Assembly (NCBI GenBank): GCA_030744875.1
Contig: JASLPR010000047.1
Location: 914-64,913, forward strand
From: Chloroflexota bacterium
GTDB lineage: Bacteria > Chloroflexota > UBA11872 > VXNJ01
Direction: 5' to 3'
DNA length: 64,000 nucleotides
Part shown: positions 48,212-57,220 of the stretch, piece by piece
Position numbering within the stretch: the first letter of the stretch is position 1
How the letters are laid out: every line of letters begins with the position of its first letter
Program-made: the position numbers and the translations under genes
The notes under the pieces: generated by a model
What the model was told of the DNA's origin: nothing
The model's input: the letters and a program-made list of their open reading frames with translations, nothing else
Databases searched by the model: none

Positions 48212-49551
48212 GCGTCCGGCAACTCCGGCAACTCAAGTGCCCCCGCCGCCGCAGCCAGATCTCCCGCCTCCTCGCCCAACCCTGCTCCACCTTCCGACTC
48301 CTCCATCCCCTCCATCTCCGCCTCCGGGTCCAGCGTCCACAACTGCCGCGCGAGCACCATCACCGCCACCGCCACCGCCACCCCGATCCCTCCCGAAAGC
48401 ACCATCGCGAACGGCGTCGAGGCCGCCTCGGCCAGCGCCGACATCGGCAGCAACCCCACCGGCGTCAGCCCCCAGCCCAGCATCCAGATCGACAACACCC
48501 TCCCGCGCAACCGATTCGGCACCATCAGTTGCAGAATCGTCTGGATCATCGCCAGGTAGACCGCCTGGAATATCCCCATGAACGCCAGCGCCACCCCGGC
48601 TCCCACCAGCGACTGCGAGAACCCCAGCACCATCACCATCACGCCGTCCAGCAGCGCCGCCAGCATCACCGCCGCGCCCTTGTACTTGAATCCCGAAAAC
48701 GCCACCACGCTCAACGACCCCACCACCGCCCCAACTCCGAGCAACCCCAGCAGGATCCCCAGTTCCGCCGGCCCCGCCCCCAGGTCCTGCTTCACCAGCG
48801 CCGGCAGCAGCATCACCATCGGCATACTGAACATCGCCGGCGACGTTCCGAGCAGCATCAGCGCCAGTAGCGTAGGTCGCCGCCACACATGGCCGAAGCC
48901 TTCGCGCAGCGCCGCCCAGGCCGAGCCCGCATATCCCGGCGGCGGCTCCTCCACCCGCACCCGTCGGATATTCACCACCGCCAGTACATAGGTCCCCACC
49001 TGGGTGAAATACGTCCCCGTGATCCCCACCAGCCCGATCATGAAACCGGCCACCGTCGGTCCGAGCACCCGAGAAGCGTTCATCGTTGTCGACATCAACG
49101 CCACCCCGTTGCTCACCACCTTGCGCGGCACCAGGTCGGACACCAGCGCATTCCGCGCCGGACTGCTCACCGCGAACGAGGCGCCCACCATCATTCCCGA
49201 CACCGCCAGGTGCCACCAGGCCACCAGCTCCAACAACACCAGGATTCCGATCGTCAGATCGGCGGTCCCCATCAACACCTGGGCCACGATCAACAGCCGC
49301 GTCCGGCGCACCTTGTCAGCCAGGATGCCGCCGAACGGCGAGAGGACCAGCATCGGCACTGACCGGAAGAACGCCAGCACCCCGAGCATGAACGGCGATT
49401 CGGTCAACTCCACCACCAGCCAGCCCTGGGTCACCGACAGCATCCAGAAGCCCATCATGCTGGTCATGGTTGCCGCCCAGAGCCGCCGGAAACCCGCGTA
49501 GCCGAACGCCGGCGTCACCCGGGTCGCGAAGCGCCCGATCGAGCCGCTCAA
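48208..49551 (-). CDS. MFS transporter
   Basis: 12-TM-like profile, FRRLWAATMTSMMGFWM...GGILADKVRRTRLL. The TTG start overlaps the upstream stop (TTGA). Confidence 0.8.
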   Translation of the reverse strand: MSGSIGRFATRVTPAFGYAGFRRLWAATMTSMMGFWMLSVTQGWLVVELTESPFMLGVLAFFRSVPMLVLSPFGGILADKVRRTRLLIVAQVLMGTADLTIGILVLLELVAWWHLAVSGMMVGASFAVSSPARNALVSDLVPRKVVSNGVALMSTTMNASRVLGPTVAGFMIGLVGITGTYFTQVGTYVLAVVNIRRVRVEEPPPGYAGSAWAALREGFGHVWRRPTLLALMLLGTSPAMFSMPMVMLLPALVKQDLGAGPAELGILLGLLGVGAVVGSLSVVAFSGFKYKGAAVMLAALLDGVMVMVLGFSQSLVGAGVALAFMGIFQAVYLAMIQTILQLMVPNRLRGRVLSIWMLGWGLTPVGLLPMSALAEAASTPFAMVLSGGIGVAVAVAVMVLARQLWTLDPEAEMEGMEESEGGAGLGEEAGDLAAAAGALELPELPDA

Positions 49552-51722
49552 ACGGCTACCCGCCCGCGCACCAGCGCCGCGCCCAGCGCTACCGCGCTCA
49601 ACACGCCGGTCAGCACCGCATAGCTCATCCCCACTGTCTCGCCGTGCATGTCGAAGCGGCCGTAGTGGGTGAAGAGCCGCTTGCGAAAGCCGTCAAAGGC
49701 GCCGCCCTGCGCCGCCGTGCAGTCATCACAGGGCAGCGCGATCGGATTCTTGAATATGTCCAGCGCCTGCACATAGATGTCCCCTCCGCGCAGCAGACTG
49801 CCGGAATTGTGCCCGTGATACCACTCCTCCGGCGTGCCCAGGACGTAGAGTTCGCCGCCGATCAGCGCCACCGCCAGCAGCGCCAGCAACGGCCCGCTCG
49901 CGCCGAACCGCCAGTTCCCGGCCAGGATCTCGCGGGCGCCCAGCGCGGCCATCGCGGTCACGAACGGCAACCCGTAGGCTAGGTGGCGAAACATCTCCGA
50001 CGGCTCCTCGCGGTGGAAGCCTTCCGGGGCCACCGCCATGGTCAGCGTCACCTGCGCCAGCGCCGCCAGGGGCAGCGCCACCAGCACTGACCTTTGCCGC
50101 GCCAGCTTCCATGTGCCCAGCGCGAACAGCGCCGCCAGCAACACCAGCAACACCGGCCCCCGCCAATCGTCCAGCAGCAACACCCCGGCGTAGTGGTCGT
50201 AGGCGCCGGTGCGCATGAACTCCAGGTTCTCGCCGATGTGCGCGAGCGCGAATCCCGACGAGCGCGGCGGCCACAGCGCGTCGGTGGTCAGCGCGATCGT
50301 TCCCGCGAACAGCGCCATCCCGGCCACGGCCAGCGCCCCCGGGATGGCCCAGCGTTGCGACCGGCCCAGCGCCAGCGCCGTCGCCGCGATCATCAGCGCA
50401 TACACCAGCCCCTCCGGCCGGGTCAGCGCCACCAACACCAGCACCGCCCCCAGCCCCACGGCGTCTTTTCGGCCGGTCCCCCGCGCCATCCGGGCCAGCA
50501 GGCCCATCGCCGCCGCCAGTTCCAGCACGAACACCGCGTCCGGCTCCGCAGCCCCTAATACTACGATCTGGAACGGCGGAAACAGCACCGTCAGCAGCGC
50601 CGCGGCCAGCGCGATGTCGTCGCGTCGCACGACCGCCCGCAGGGACAAGAACAGCATCCCCGGCAGGGCAACGTTGGCCAGCATGATTGGCAGTTGCGCG
50701 CTGTGATACCAGTGTCCGGAGACCCCGAACGACAGTGCCATCAGCAGCGGCAGCAGCGGTGCGTCCACCACCGTCTCGCCGGCCGTCGCCTGGGCGATTC
50801 CCATCCCCGCCGACCAGCTCGGATAGCCCTGCCCGGCCAGCACATCATCGGCGACGATCCAGTACCGCGCCAGGTCGTCCATCGTCACCGCCCGGTACGA
50901 GCCCGCCTGCAGGATGCCGATCCCCAGCAACGCCCCAGCCAGCAACCAGCCGCGGTGGCGCGCAAGTCTTGCCCACGCTCTCGCCAATGCCTCCGCCGAT
51001 TTACCCGGCCGCAACAGCCAGCCGCCGTACACCGCCAGACCCAGCAACAGCGCCGCCAGCGTCCGTGCGCCGCCGCTGGTGATTAGCAGATGGCGCAACT
51101 CGTTGTTGCCGTTGGACGCCAGCGCGAACGCCAGCGGTACGAGCAGCGGACCGAGGTATACACGCTGGCCCGTCGCCAACCGCATGCGCCCGAATAGCAA
51201 CACCAGCCCGGCCGTCGCTCCGACCGCCGCCAGCCAGATCGCCGCCGCCTCCGTCGCGCCAACCGTGATCTTCAGCAGCAGGTCGGCGAAACCGACCCCG
51301 GCGGCCGCCAGCAGCAGGTCCACCGCCGCGACGTGCCATCCGCCAACTCCAACCCGCCCGGCCGTTGCCTTCCCGTTCGCTTCGCTAACCGCGATCCCGA
51401 CCCCCAGCAGCAGTGGAATCAACGCCAACAGCCCGATCCGCAGCGACGCCGACTCCACCACCAGCGCATTGAACGAATCCGACCCGTACAGCGCGGCCAG
51501 CGGCACCGCCATTCCCAGCCCGCCGCTCATACTTCGCCACGCCGCGTTCACCGCCCCGCGCCAGGCCGCCAGCGCGATCGCGGCGAATAACCCGGCCGCC
51601 AGCGCGAACGCCAGCAGGTGCCCGACCGTCATTTCCAGCGGTTGCGCCCGTCCGGCCAGCACCGTCGCCGCCGCCGCGCCAACCGTCAGCGCCCCGGCCC
51701 CACCGGACGCCCGCCACCTCAT
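49548..51722 (-). CDS. large polytopic membrane protein, GT-C (ArnT/PMT_2)-like glycosyltransferase
   Basis: About 20 hydrophobic segments. The first-loop acidic motif TMDDLARYWIVADDVLAGQGYPSW resembles the GT-C DE/DD..RY motif. The C-terminal soluble-like part carries a conserved TRPEG. Confidence 0.5.
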   Translation of the reverse strand: MRWRASGGAGALTVGAAAATVLAGRAQPLEMTVGHLLAFALAAGLFAAIALAAWRGAVNAAWRSMSGGLGMAVPLAALYGSDSFNALVVESASLRIGLLALIPLLLGVGIAVSEANGKATAGRVGVGGWHVAAVDLLLAAAGVGFADLLLKITVGATEAAAIWLAAVGATAGLVLLFGRMRLATGQRVYLGPLLVPLAFALASNGNNELRHLLITSGGARTLAALLLGLAVYGGWLLRPGKSAEALARAWARLARHRGWLLAGALLGIGILQAGSYRAVTMDDLARYWIVADDVLAGQGYPSWSAGMGIAQATAGETVVDAPLLPLLMALSFGVSGHWYHSAQLPIMLANVALPGMLFLSLRAVVRRDDIALAAALLTVLFPPFQIVVLGAAEPDAVFVLELAAAMGLLARMARGTGRKDAVGLGAVLVLVALTRPEGLVYALMIAATALALGRSQRWAIPGALAVAGMALFAGTIALTTDALWPPRSSGFALAHIGENLEFMRTGAYDHYAGVLLLDDWRGPVLLVLLAALFALGTWKLARQRSVLVALPLAALAQVTLTMAVAPEGFHREEPSEMFRHLAYGLPFVTAMAALGAREILAGNWRFGASGPLLALLAVALIGGELYVLGTPEEWYHGHNSGSLLRGGDIYVQALDIFKNPIALPCDDCTAAQGGAFDGFRKRLFTHYGRFDMHGETVGMSYAVLTGVLSAVALGAALVRGRVAV

Positions 51723-52894
51723 ACGAGCGCCTCCGGCGACTCCCGCCGGCCTGCCAGCAGCGTTACCCCCAGCGCCACCGCGCTCAGCACCCCGGTGAGC
51801 GCCGCATAGCTGATCCCGACCGTGTCGCCGTGCATGTCAAACGGGCGGTAGTGATCGAAAAGCCGCTCGCGAAATCCCTCTAGGTCCGGGCAATCCGCAC
51901 ACGGCAGCGTGATCGGGTTCTGGAACATTTCCAGCGCCTCCACGTAGATATCGCCGCCGCGCAGCAGGCTCCCCGATTTGTTCCAGTGGTACATCTCCTC
52001 CGGCGTCGCCAGCACGTAGATCTCGCCGCCGATCAGCGCCACCACGATGACCGCCAGCACCGCGCCCGTCCAGTTGGCTCGCCAGTTCCAGCGCAATAGC
52101 TCGCGGGCCCCCAGCGCCGCCATCGCCGTCACCACCGGCAGCCCGTAGCCGAGGTGGCGAAACATCTCCGCCGGTTCCGCCGCGCGCAGCACCTCCGGAT
52201 CCACCGCCAGGGTCAGCCCTAGGTTCGCCAGCAGCGCCGCCGGCAGGGCTGCCACGAGCCACCGCCCGCGGGCCGCCGTCCAGCAGCCAACCGCGAACAG
52301 CCCACCCAGCAGCGCCAGCAGCGCCGGCGCGCGCAGGTCGTCCAGCAGGAGCACCCGCCCGTAATACCACCAGGTGTTGTGGCGCAGGTAGTCCAGGTTC
52401 TCGCCCAGGTTGGCCAGTGCAAAGCCCGAGCCGCGCGAGGGCCAGGCGGCATCGGTGGTCAGCGCCACCAACGCCGCGAAGGCCGCGCCGCCGGCCAGCG
52501 CGATCGCCCCCGGCAGCAGCCATTTGCGTGACCTGCCGAAAGCCGCCGTCGCCACGGCCAGCACTCCCGCGTACACCAGCCCCTCCGGCCGCGTCAGCGC
52601 CATCAGCAGCAGTACCACGCCCAGCGCCACCGGCCTGCCGCGTCCCGTCGCCGCCCGCGCCAGCAGCCCGATCGCAATCACCAGTTCCAGCACGAACACC
52701 GCGTCCGCCCCGGGCCGCAGCAGCCAGCCGGCATAGGCCGTCAGCGCCACCCTCGCAAACAGCCCCGCCGCCGCCCCGAAGGCCAGCAGGTGCCTGAGAG
52801 TCATCTCAGTCGGATTCGCCCGTCCGGCCAGCACCGTCGCCGCCGCCGCACCGATCACCAGCGCCCCCACCCCGCCGGACATCCGCCATTTCAT
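51719..52894 (-). CDS. internally deleted tandem paralogue of 49548-51722 (lacks the putative catalytic loop)
   Basis: aa 1-50 and the last ~330 aa align colinearly with the 724-aa neighbour. Examples: MKWRMSGGVGALVIGAAAATVLAGRA vs MRWRASGGAGALTVGAAAATVLAGRA, and ...ALTRPEGLVYA...SGSLLRGGDIYV.... The ORF is intact, and the stop overlaps the next start (ATGA). Confidence 0.55.
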   Translation of the reverse strand: MKWRMSGGVGALVIGAAAATVLAGRANPTEMTLRHLLAFGAAAGLFARVALTAYAGWLLRPGADAVFVLELVIAIGLLARAATGRGRPVALGVVLLLMALTRPEGLVYAGVLAVATAAFGRSRKWLLPGAIALAGGAAFAALVALTTDAAWPSRGSGFALANLGENLDYLRHNTWWYYGRVLLLDDLRAPALLALLGGLFAVGCWTAARGRWLVAALPAALLANLGLTLAVDPEVLRAAEPAEMFRHLGYGLPVVTAMAALGARELLRWNWRANWTGAVLAVIVVALIGGEIYVLATPEEMYHWNKSGSLLRGGDIYVEALEMFQNPITLPCADCPDLEGFRERLFDHYRPFDMHGDTVGISYAALTGVLSAVALGVTLLAGRRESPEALV

Positions 52895-52979
52895 GCGCCC
52901 GCCCTCGGCGACTCCCGCCGGCCCGCCGCCGCCCGACCGGTCAATCGGCTAAGGCTCGCGGCCAATCCGCCGCGCCGGC

Positions 52980-53357
52980 CTATTCCCGATCCGTCGCGGC
53001 CAGCATCACCCCGCTCAGCGCCTGCAGCGCCTCCGGCCCGCGAATCAAGAATTCCACCGCCCCGGCCTCCACCGTCGCCTGCGCCACTTCCTCTTCGCCC
53101 GGCGAGGCCATCACCACGATCGGCGTATCCGGCGCGGCGGCTCGCATCCGTTCGTAGGCCGGCAACCCGGGGCAATCCGGCGGCGTCAGGTCCAACAGCA
53201 CCACGTCATAGCCGGTCGACTCCAGCGAGGTCTCCGCCGCCGCCAGGGTCGCGTGGTGCACGACCTCGAAATTCGCCACGCCCGGCTCCAACATCGCCGC
53301 CCGCATCGACACCGCGCAGTGGTCGTGCTCTTCAACATGCAGTACCCGGATCGCCAT
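52980..53357 (-). CDS. stand-alone response-regulator receiver domain (atypical acidic pocket)
   Basis: MAIRVLHVEEHD...YDVVLLDLTPPD...PIVVMAS...EFLIRGP. The phospho-acceptor Asp is present, but EE replaces DD and Arg sits at the conserved Lys position. Confidence 0.65.
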   Translation of the reverse strand: MAIRVLHVEEHDHCAVSMRAAMLEPGVANFEVVHHATLAAAETSLESTGYDVVLLDLTPPDCPGLPAYERMRAAAPDTPIVVMASPGEEEVAQATVEAGAVEFLIRGPEALQALSGVMLAATDRE

Positions 53358-53509
53358 CGGACGCTTCTCCAAAAAACCAGTTGCCGACAAACCTTCCGCC
53401 CAGAATAGCCGCTTCGCGCGCCTCCCCGCTGATTTCGTTCTACCCACCCGGAAGGGGCGTCAAGAAGTCTTGCTCCCACCGTTCAAGCGAAACGCGCGGA
53501 ACGGCCGCC

Positions 53510-53545
53510 GCGACCCCGGGTGCCGATATTGGCGCCCGGGGTCGC
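53510..53545. repeat. 36-bp near-perfect palindrome
   Basis: gcgaccccgggtgccgatattggcgcccggggtcgc has an 11-bp perfect outer stem plus an inner stem. The two imperfect positions are G:U on the plus-strand RNA and A:C on the minus. Confidence 0.7.
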
Positions 53546-53581
53546 GATTCCGACGGGCCTTGCGGCCTCTGGGAAGTCCGG

Positions 53582-54976
53582 CTACATCTTGGCCAGCTCG
53601 TCGTCCAGGGCTCCCTGCGCCGTCTCCTCGGCGTCGGCCAGGGCCTCTTCGACGGTCTTGGCATCGAACACTGCGGCCTCGATGGCCTTCGCCACCGAGT
53701 TCCACAGCTGCGCCTGGGCCGGACCTGGGTACTGCACGTCCGACACTTTCTGTGAGTCCACATACGGCGTGATCAAGGGATGGTCGCTCTCATGCTGTTG
53801 CCAGCGCGGGTGGTCGCGGTACGATAGCACCGCAGGGAGATTGCCAAAGCCCATCACCCAATCCAGGTGATTCTCCACATCCAGCAACCATCTGAGGTAC
53901 GGCCAGCCCTCTTCCGGGTTGTTCGATTCCTTGAAGATGTGCGCGCCGCCGAATCCCACCGGAACCCGGAAATTGTCCTCTGTGGTCGCCGGACCGAACG
54001 GCATCCGCGCCGATCCCGACTGGTGGTTCGTCGCTTCCGCGCGCTTTGTCCACACCGGGTACAGCGTCATCGATCCCAGCGTTCCAGTCTCGAAATCGTT
54101 GCCCATAGCCAGATTATCGATCGCCTTTATTGGATAGGCATTCACATCACGCAAGTCTAGGTAGAATTGAAGTGCTGCCTGCACCTCCGGTGTCGTGAGC
54201 GTGAACTTCTTCCCGTCCGCGCTGATAACATCGCCCCCATAGCCCCATATGTACGAGATGAATATGTGGTTACCCGACCAATTTTTCGGTGCAGTGCCCA
54301 CATAGTGGCCGTAGATGTCGTCTCCCAGATTGCTGATCGTTTCTGCCGCTACCAGTAGGTCCTCATTCGTCGCTGGGAACGCGTCTGGATCTAGGCCTGC
54401 CTCCGCGTAGAGATCCTTGTTATAGAGGACGCACAGACAGCCCGAGTTTGCCGGATAGGCCATCATGCGGCCCTCGTGCGTAACCGCCTTCTGCACCCCA
54501 GGGACCCAATCGAGCTTGGCGATATCCGGGTCGAAGTCCTCAATCGAAATCGTATCCCCGCTGCGAGCCAGTTGGGCATTGGCCGGTGCCGACCCGATGT
54601 GCAATACCTCTGGCGGACTGCCCGCCGCCAGCGCGGTGGAAAGCTTTGCCATGACCTCCGTCTGCGGCACGATCGTTGTTGTCACCAAGATATCGTTCTG
54701 CGACTCGGAGAATGCGTCACCCATGGCGGTGGCGTGCTCGGCCTGCGCTCCCGACAGGTTGAACCACTGGATGATCTCAACCCGTTCCTTCGACGGTGCC
54801 GGTTCAGGCGCAGTCGCGGCAGGCTTTTCTGCCTTCGGAGCTTCTGCCTTCGGAGCCTCTGCCGCCGGGGCCGCCGCCTCCTCCTCTCCACAGCCGCTCA
54901 GCGCCGCCAGACCGACCGCCGTGGCCGAGCCGTACACGCCAAACTTCAACAACGCTCTTCTGTTTAGTGCAGTCAT
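53582..54976 (-). CDS. ABC sugar transporter substrate-binding lipoprotein (Tat signal)
   Basis: MTALNRRALLKFGVYGSATAVGLAALSGCG, with a family-1 SBP body. Confidence 0.85.
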   Translation of the reverse strand: MTALNRRALLKFGVYGSATAVGLAALSGCGEEEAAAPAAEAPKAEAPKAEKPAATAPEPAPSKERVEIIQWFNLSGAQAEHATAMGDAFSESQNDILVTTTIVPQTEVMAKLSTALAAGSPPEVLHIGSAPANAQLARSGDTISIEDFDPDIAKLDWVPGVQKAVTHEGRMMAYPANSGCLCVLYNKDLYAEAGLDPDAFPATNEDLLVAAETISNLGDDIYGHYVGTAPKNWSGNHIFISYIWGYGGDVISADGKKFTLTTPEVQAALQFYLDLRDVNAYPIKAIDNLAMGNDFETGTLGSMTLYPVWTKRAEATNHQSGSARMPFGPATTEDNFRVPVGFGGAHIFKESNNPEEGWPYLRWLLDVENHLDWVMGFGNLPAVLSYRDHPRWQQHESDHPLITPYVDSQKVSDVQYPGPAQAQLWNSVAKAIEAAVFDAKTVEEALADAEETAQGALDDELAKM

Positions 54977-55149
54977 TTTCGCTTGCCTCCACAGACCTTT
55001 GGCGATCCGCCTTCCGCTCCATCAGTTTGCGCAATCCGAAGGCGGATTCCGATGTTTCAATACCTTAACCACCACCGGTCCTGGTCTCTATTCGAGCGCA
55101 GTCCCGGATTTCGCTCGATCGTTCCTCCTTTCCCTCTGCGCCTGGACAG

Positions 55150-56007
55150 CTAACCCTTGAGTCCCGTCATCGTTATCCCCTGCGTGAAGTACCGCTGCAA
55201 CGCCAGGTACATGATCAACACCGGTAAGGCCGACAGCGCCGTCGCCGCCAGCATCGGGCCCCACCGGATCACCTCGCCCTTCATCGTCGCCAGCCCGATC
55301 TGCACCGTGTAGACCTCCGGCCGCGTCACCGCCACCAGCGGCCACAGGAAGTCGTTCCACGCTGCCGTGAACGCAAAAATCGAAAGCGCCGTCAGCGCCG
55401 GCCCGCTCAGCGGGATGAATATTTGCACCAGGATCCGTATCCTATTGCACCCGTCGATACGCGCCGCGTCTTCCAGTTCCGCCGGCAGGTTCATGAAGAA
55501 CTGCCTGATCAGGAACACGCCGAAGAATTGTACCAGCCGGATCGACGCAATTCCCATATACGTGTCTACCAGGTTCAACCGCGTGATGATCACGAAGCTC
55601 GGGATGATCGTCACCTGGATCGGAATCATCATTGCGCCCAGGTACATCAGGAACAACGTGTCCCGCCCCCAGAACCGCAGCCGCGCGAAGGCATATCCCG
55701 CCAGCACCGCCGTGAACACTACGCTGAACGTCTCGATGACCGCCACGATGATGCTGGTCTTCAGCCATGTCCCCAGCGGCCAGTCCGTCCACGCGTCCAC
55801 GTAGTTCTGCCACTCGAACGAACTCGGCAACAGTGACATATCCTTGCTGAAGATGTCCTGCTCCGGTTTCAACGACGACGACACCGTCCAGATGTACGGA
55901 ATCAGGAAGACCAGCGCCGCGGTCACCAGCAGAAAGTAGAGCGCCACCTTCTTTGTCAGTTGTTCCCGGCGGAACGAGCCCCCGGTCATCCGGCTGCTAG
56001 TCATCAA
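55150..56007 (-). CDS. carbohydrate ABC transporter permease (MalG-like)
   Basis: EAA-loop-like ELEDAARIDGCNRIRILVQIFIPLSGPAL. Confidence 0.9.
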   Translation of the reverse strand: MMTSSRMTGGSFRREQLTKKVALYFLLVTAALVFLIPYIWTVSSSLKPEQDIFSKDMSLLPSSFEWQNYVDAWTDWPLGTWLKTSIIVAVIETFSVVFTAVLAGYAFARLRFWGRDTLFLMYLGAMMIPIQVTIIPSFVIITRLNLVDTYMGIASIRLVQFFGVFLIRQFFMNLPAELEDAARIDGCNRIRILVQIFIPLSGPALTALSIFAFTAAWNDFLWPLVAVTRPEVYTVQIGLATMKGEVIRWGPMLAATALSALPVLIMYLALQRYFTQGITMTGLKG

Positions 56008-56990
56008 TAATCAACCAGCCTGCCCGCGAACTTGTACTGGATCATCGATATCGCGAACACGATCACGAACAAGACGTAGGCGATCGCGCTCGCGTACCCC
56101 ATCCGGAACAACTCGAACGCCTGTTGGTACAGGTAGAGCACCACCACATTCGTCGAGTCTACTGGCCCCCCTGCGGTCATCACGTAGATCATACCGAACG
56201 AATACTGTGTCGCCCGGATCACACCCATGATCAGCACGAAAAACGTTGTAGGCCATAACAGTGGCCAGGTCACGTGCCGAAACTGCCCCCAGGACCCCGC
56301 CCCGTCGATCGCCGCCGCCTCCCGCAGACTGACCGGAATTCCCTGCAATCCCGCCAAGTAGACCACCACGAAATACCCGATCTCTCGCCATGAGAATGTC
56401 AAGATCATTGTCGGCAACGCCCACTTGAGGCTGGATGCCCACCCTGGTCCCGTGATGCCGAACGATTTCAAGAGCTGGTTTATCGGGCCGAATTGAGGGT
56501 CAAACAACCACAGGAATACCAGCCCGGTCGCGATCAATGAGGTCACCACAGGCGAATAGAAAACCCCCCGGAACACTGCCGTTCCCCGGAGGCCCTGATT
56601 CAGAGCCATCGCTAGTGCCAACGCTCCCACCACCGTGATTGCCACCACCCCGAACGTCAGCACCAGGGTGTTTACCACCGTCTTCACGAACGTCTTGTCG
56701 CCGAGAAGCTCGACGTAGTTTTCGATCCCCACGAACTCCGGATCGCCCCGCACCGGGTGCCAGTCCAGGAAGCTCATGTACAGCGAGAAACCCAGCGGGA
56801 AGACGATGAAGATTAGGAAGAAGGCCAGCGTGGGGAGGACGAACAGGGTGCCGTAGCGCGCTTGCTCCTGCCGGAAGTACGCTCGCAGCCCCCTGAGAAT
56901 CCCGACCGGCGCCGCCCGGGGCGCCGGTAGTTCCCGCTCCGCGATCGTTTTCCGCAATCGTGTCCTCCTGTGACGATCGACAACTTTCAT
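56004..56990 (-). CDS. carbohydrate ABC transporter permease (MalF-like)
   Basis: LREAAAIDGAGSWGQFRHVTWPLLWPT EAA motif. The stop overlaps the downstream permease start. Confidence 0.9.
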   Translation of the reverse strand: MKVVDRHRRTRLRKTIAERELPAPRAAPVGILRGLRAYFRQEQARYGTLFVLPTLAFFLIFIVFPLGFSLYMSFLDWHPVRGDPEFVGIENYVELLGDKTFVKTVVNTLVLTFGVVAITVVGALALAMALNQGLRGTAVFRGVFYSPVVTSLIATGLVFLWLFDPQFGPINQLLKSFGITGPGWASSLKWALPTMILTFSWREIGYFVVVYLAGLQGIPVSLREAAAIDGAGSWGQFRHVTWPLLWPTTFFVLIMGVIRATQYSFGMIYVMTAGGPVDSTNVVVLYLYQQAFELFRMGYASAIAYVLFVIVFAISMIQYKFAGRLVDY

Positions 56991-57220
56991 CGTACCTCAC
57001 ACCCGATATCGGTAGTACCCCGCTCCGGTGGATCGCCCGCCGCCGGGCCGGAACCACTGGTATGCGATTCGCCGGGCTACCAGTGGTACCCTTCTCCGGG
57101 CTGTTTCGGCACAGCCACCATCCTGGAGAGACCTTCCATGGCAAGTTCCGCGCGCCGTCTCGACACCGGTATCGCGCCGGGCCCGGCCGCTTGAACTTCT
57201 TCATCGCCCTCGCCGACATT

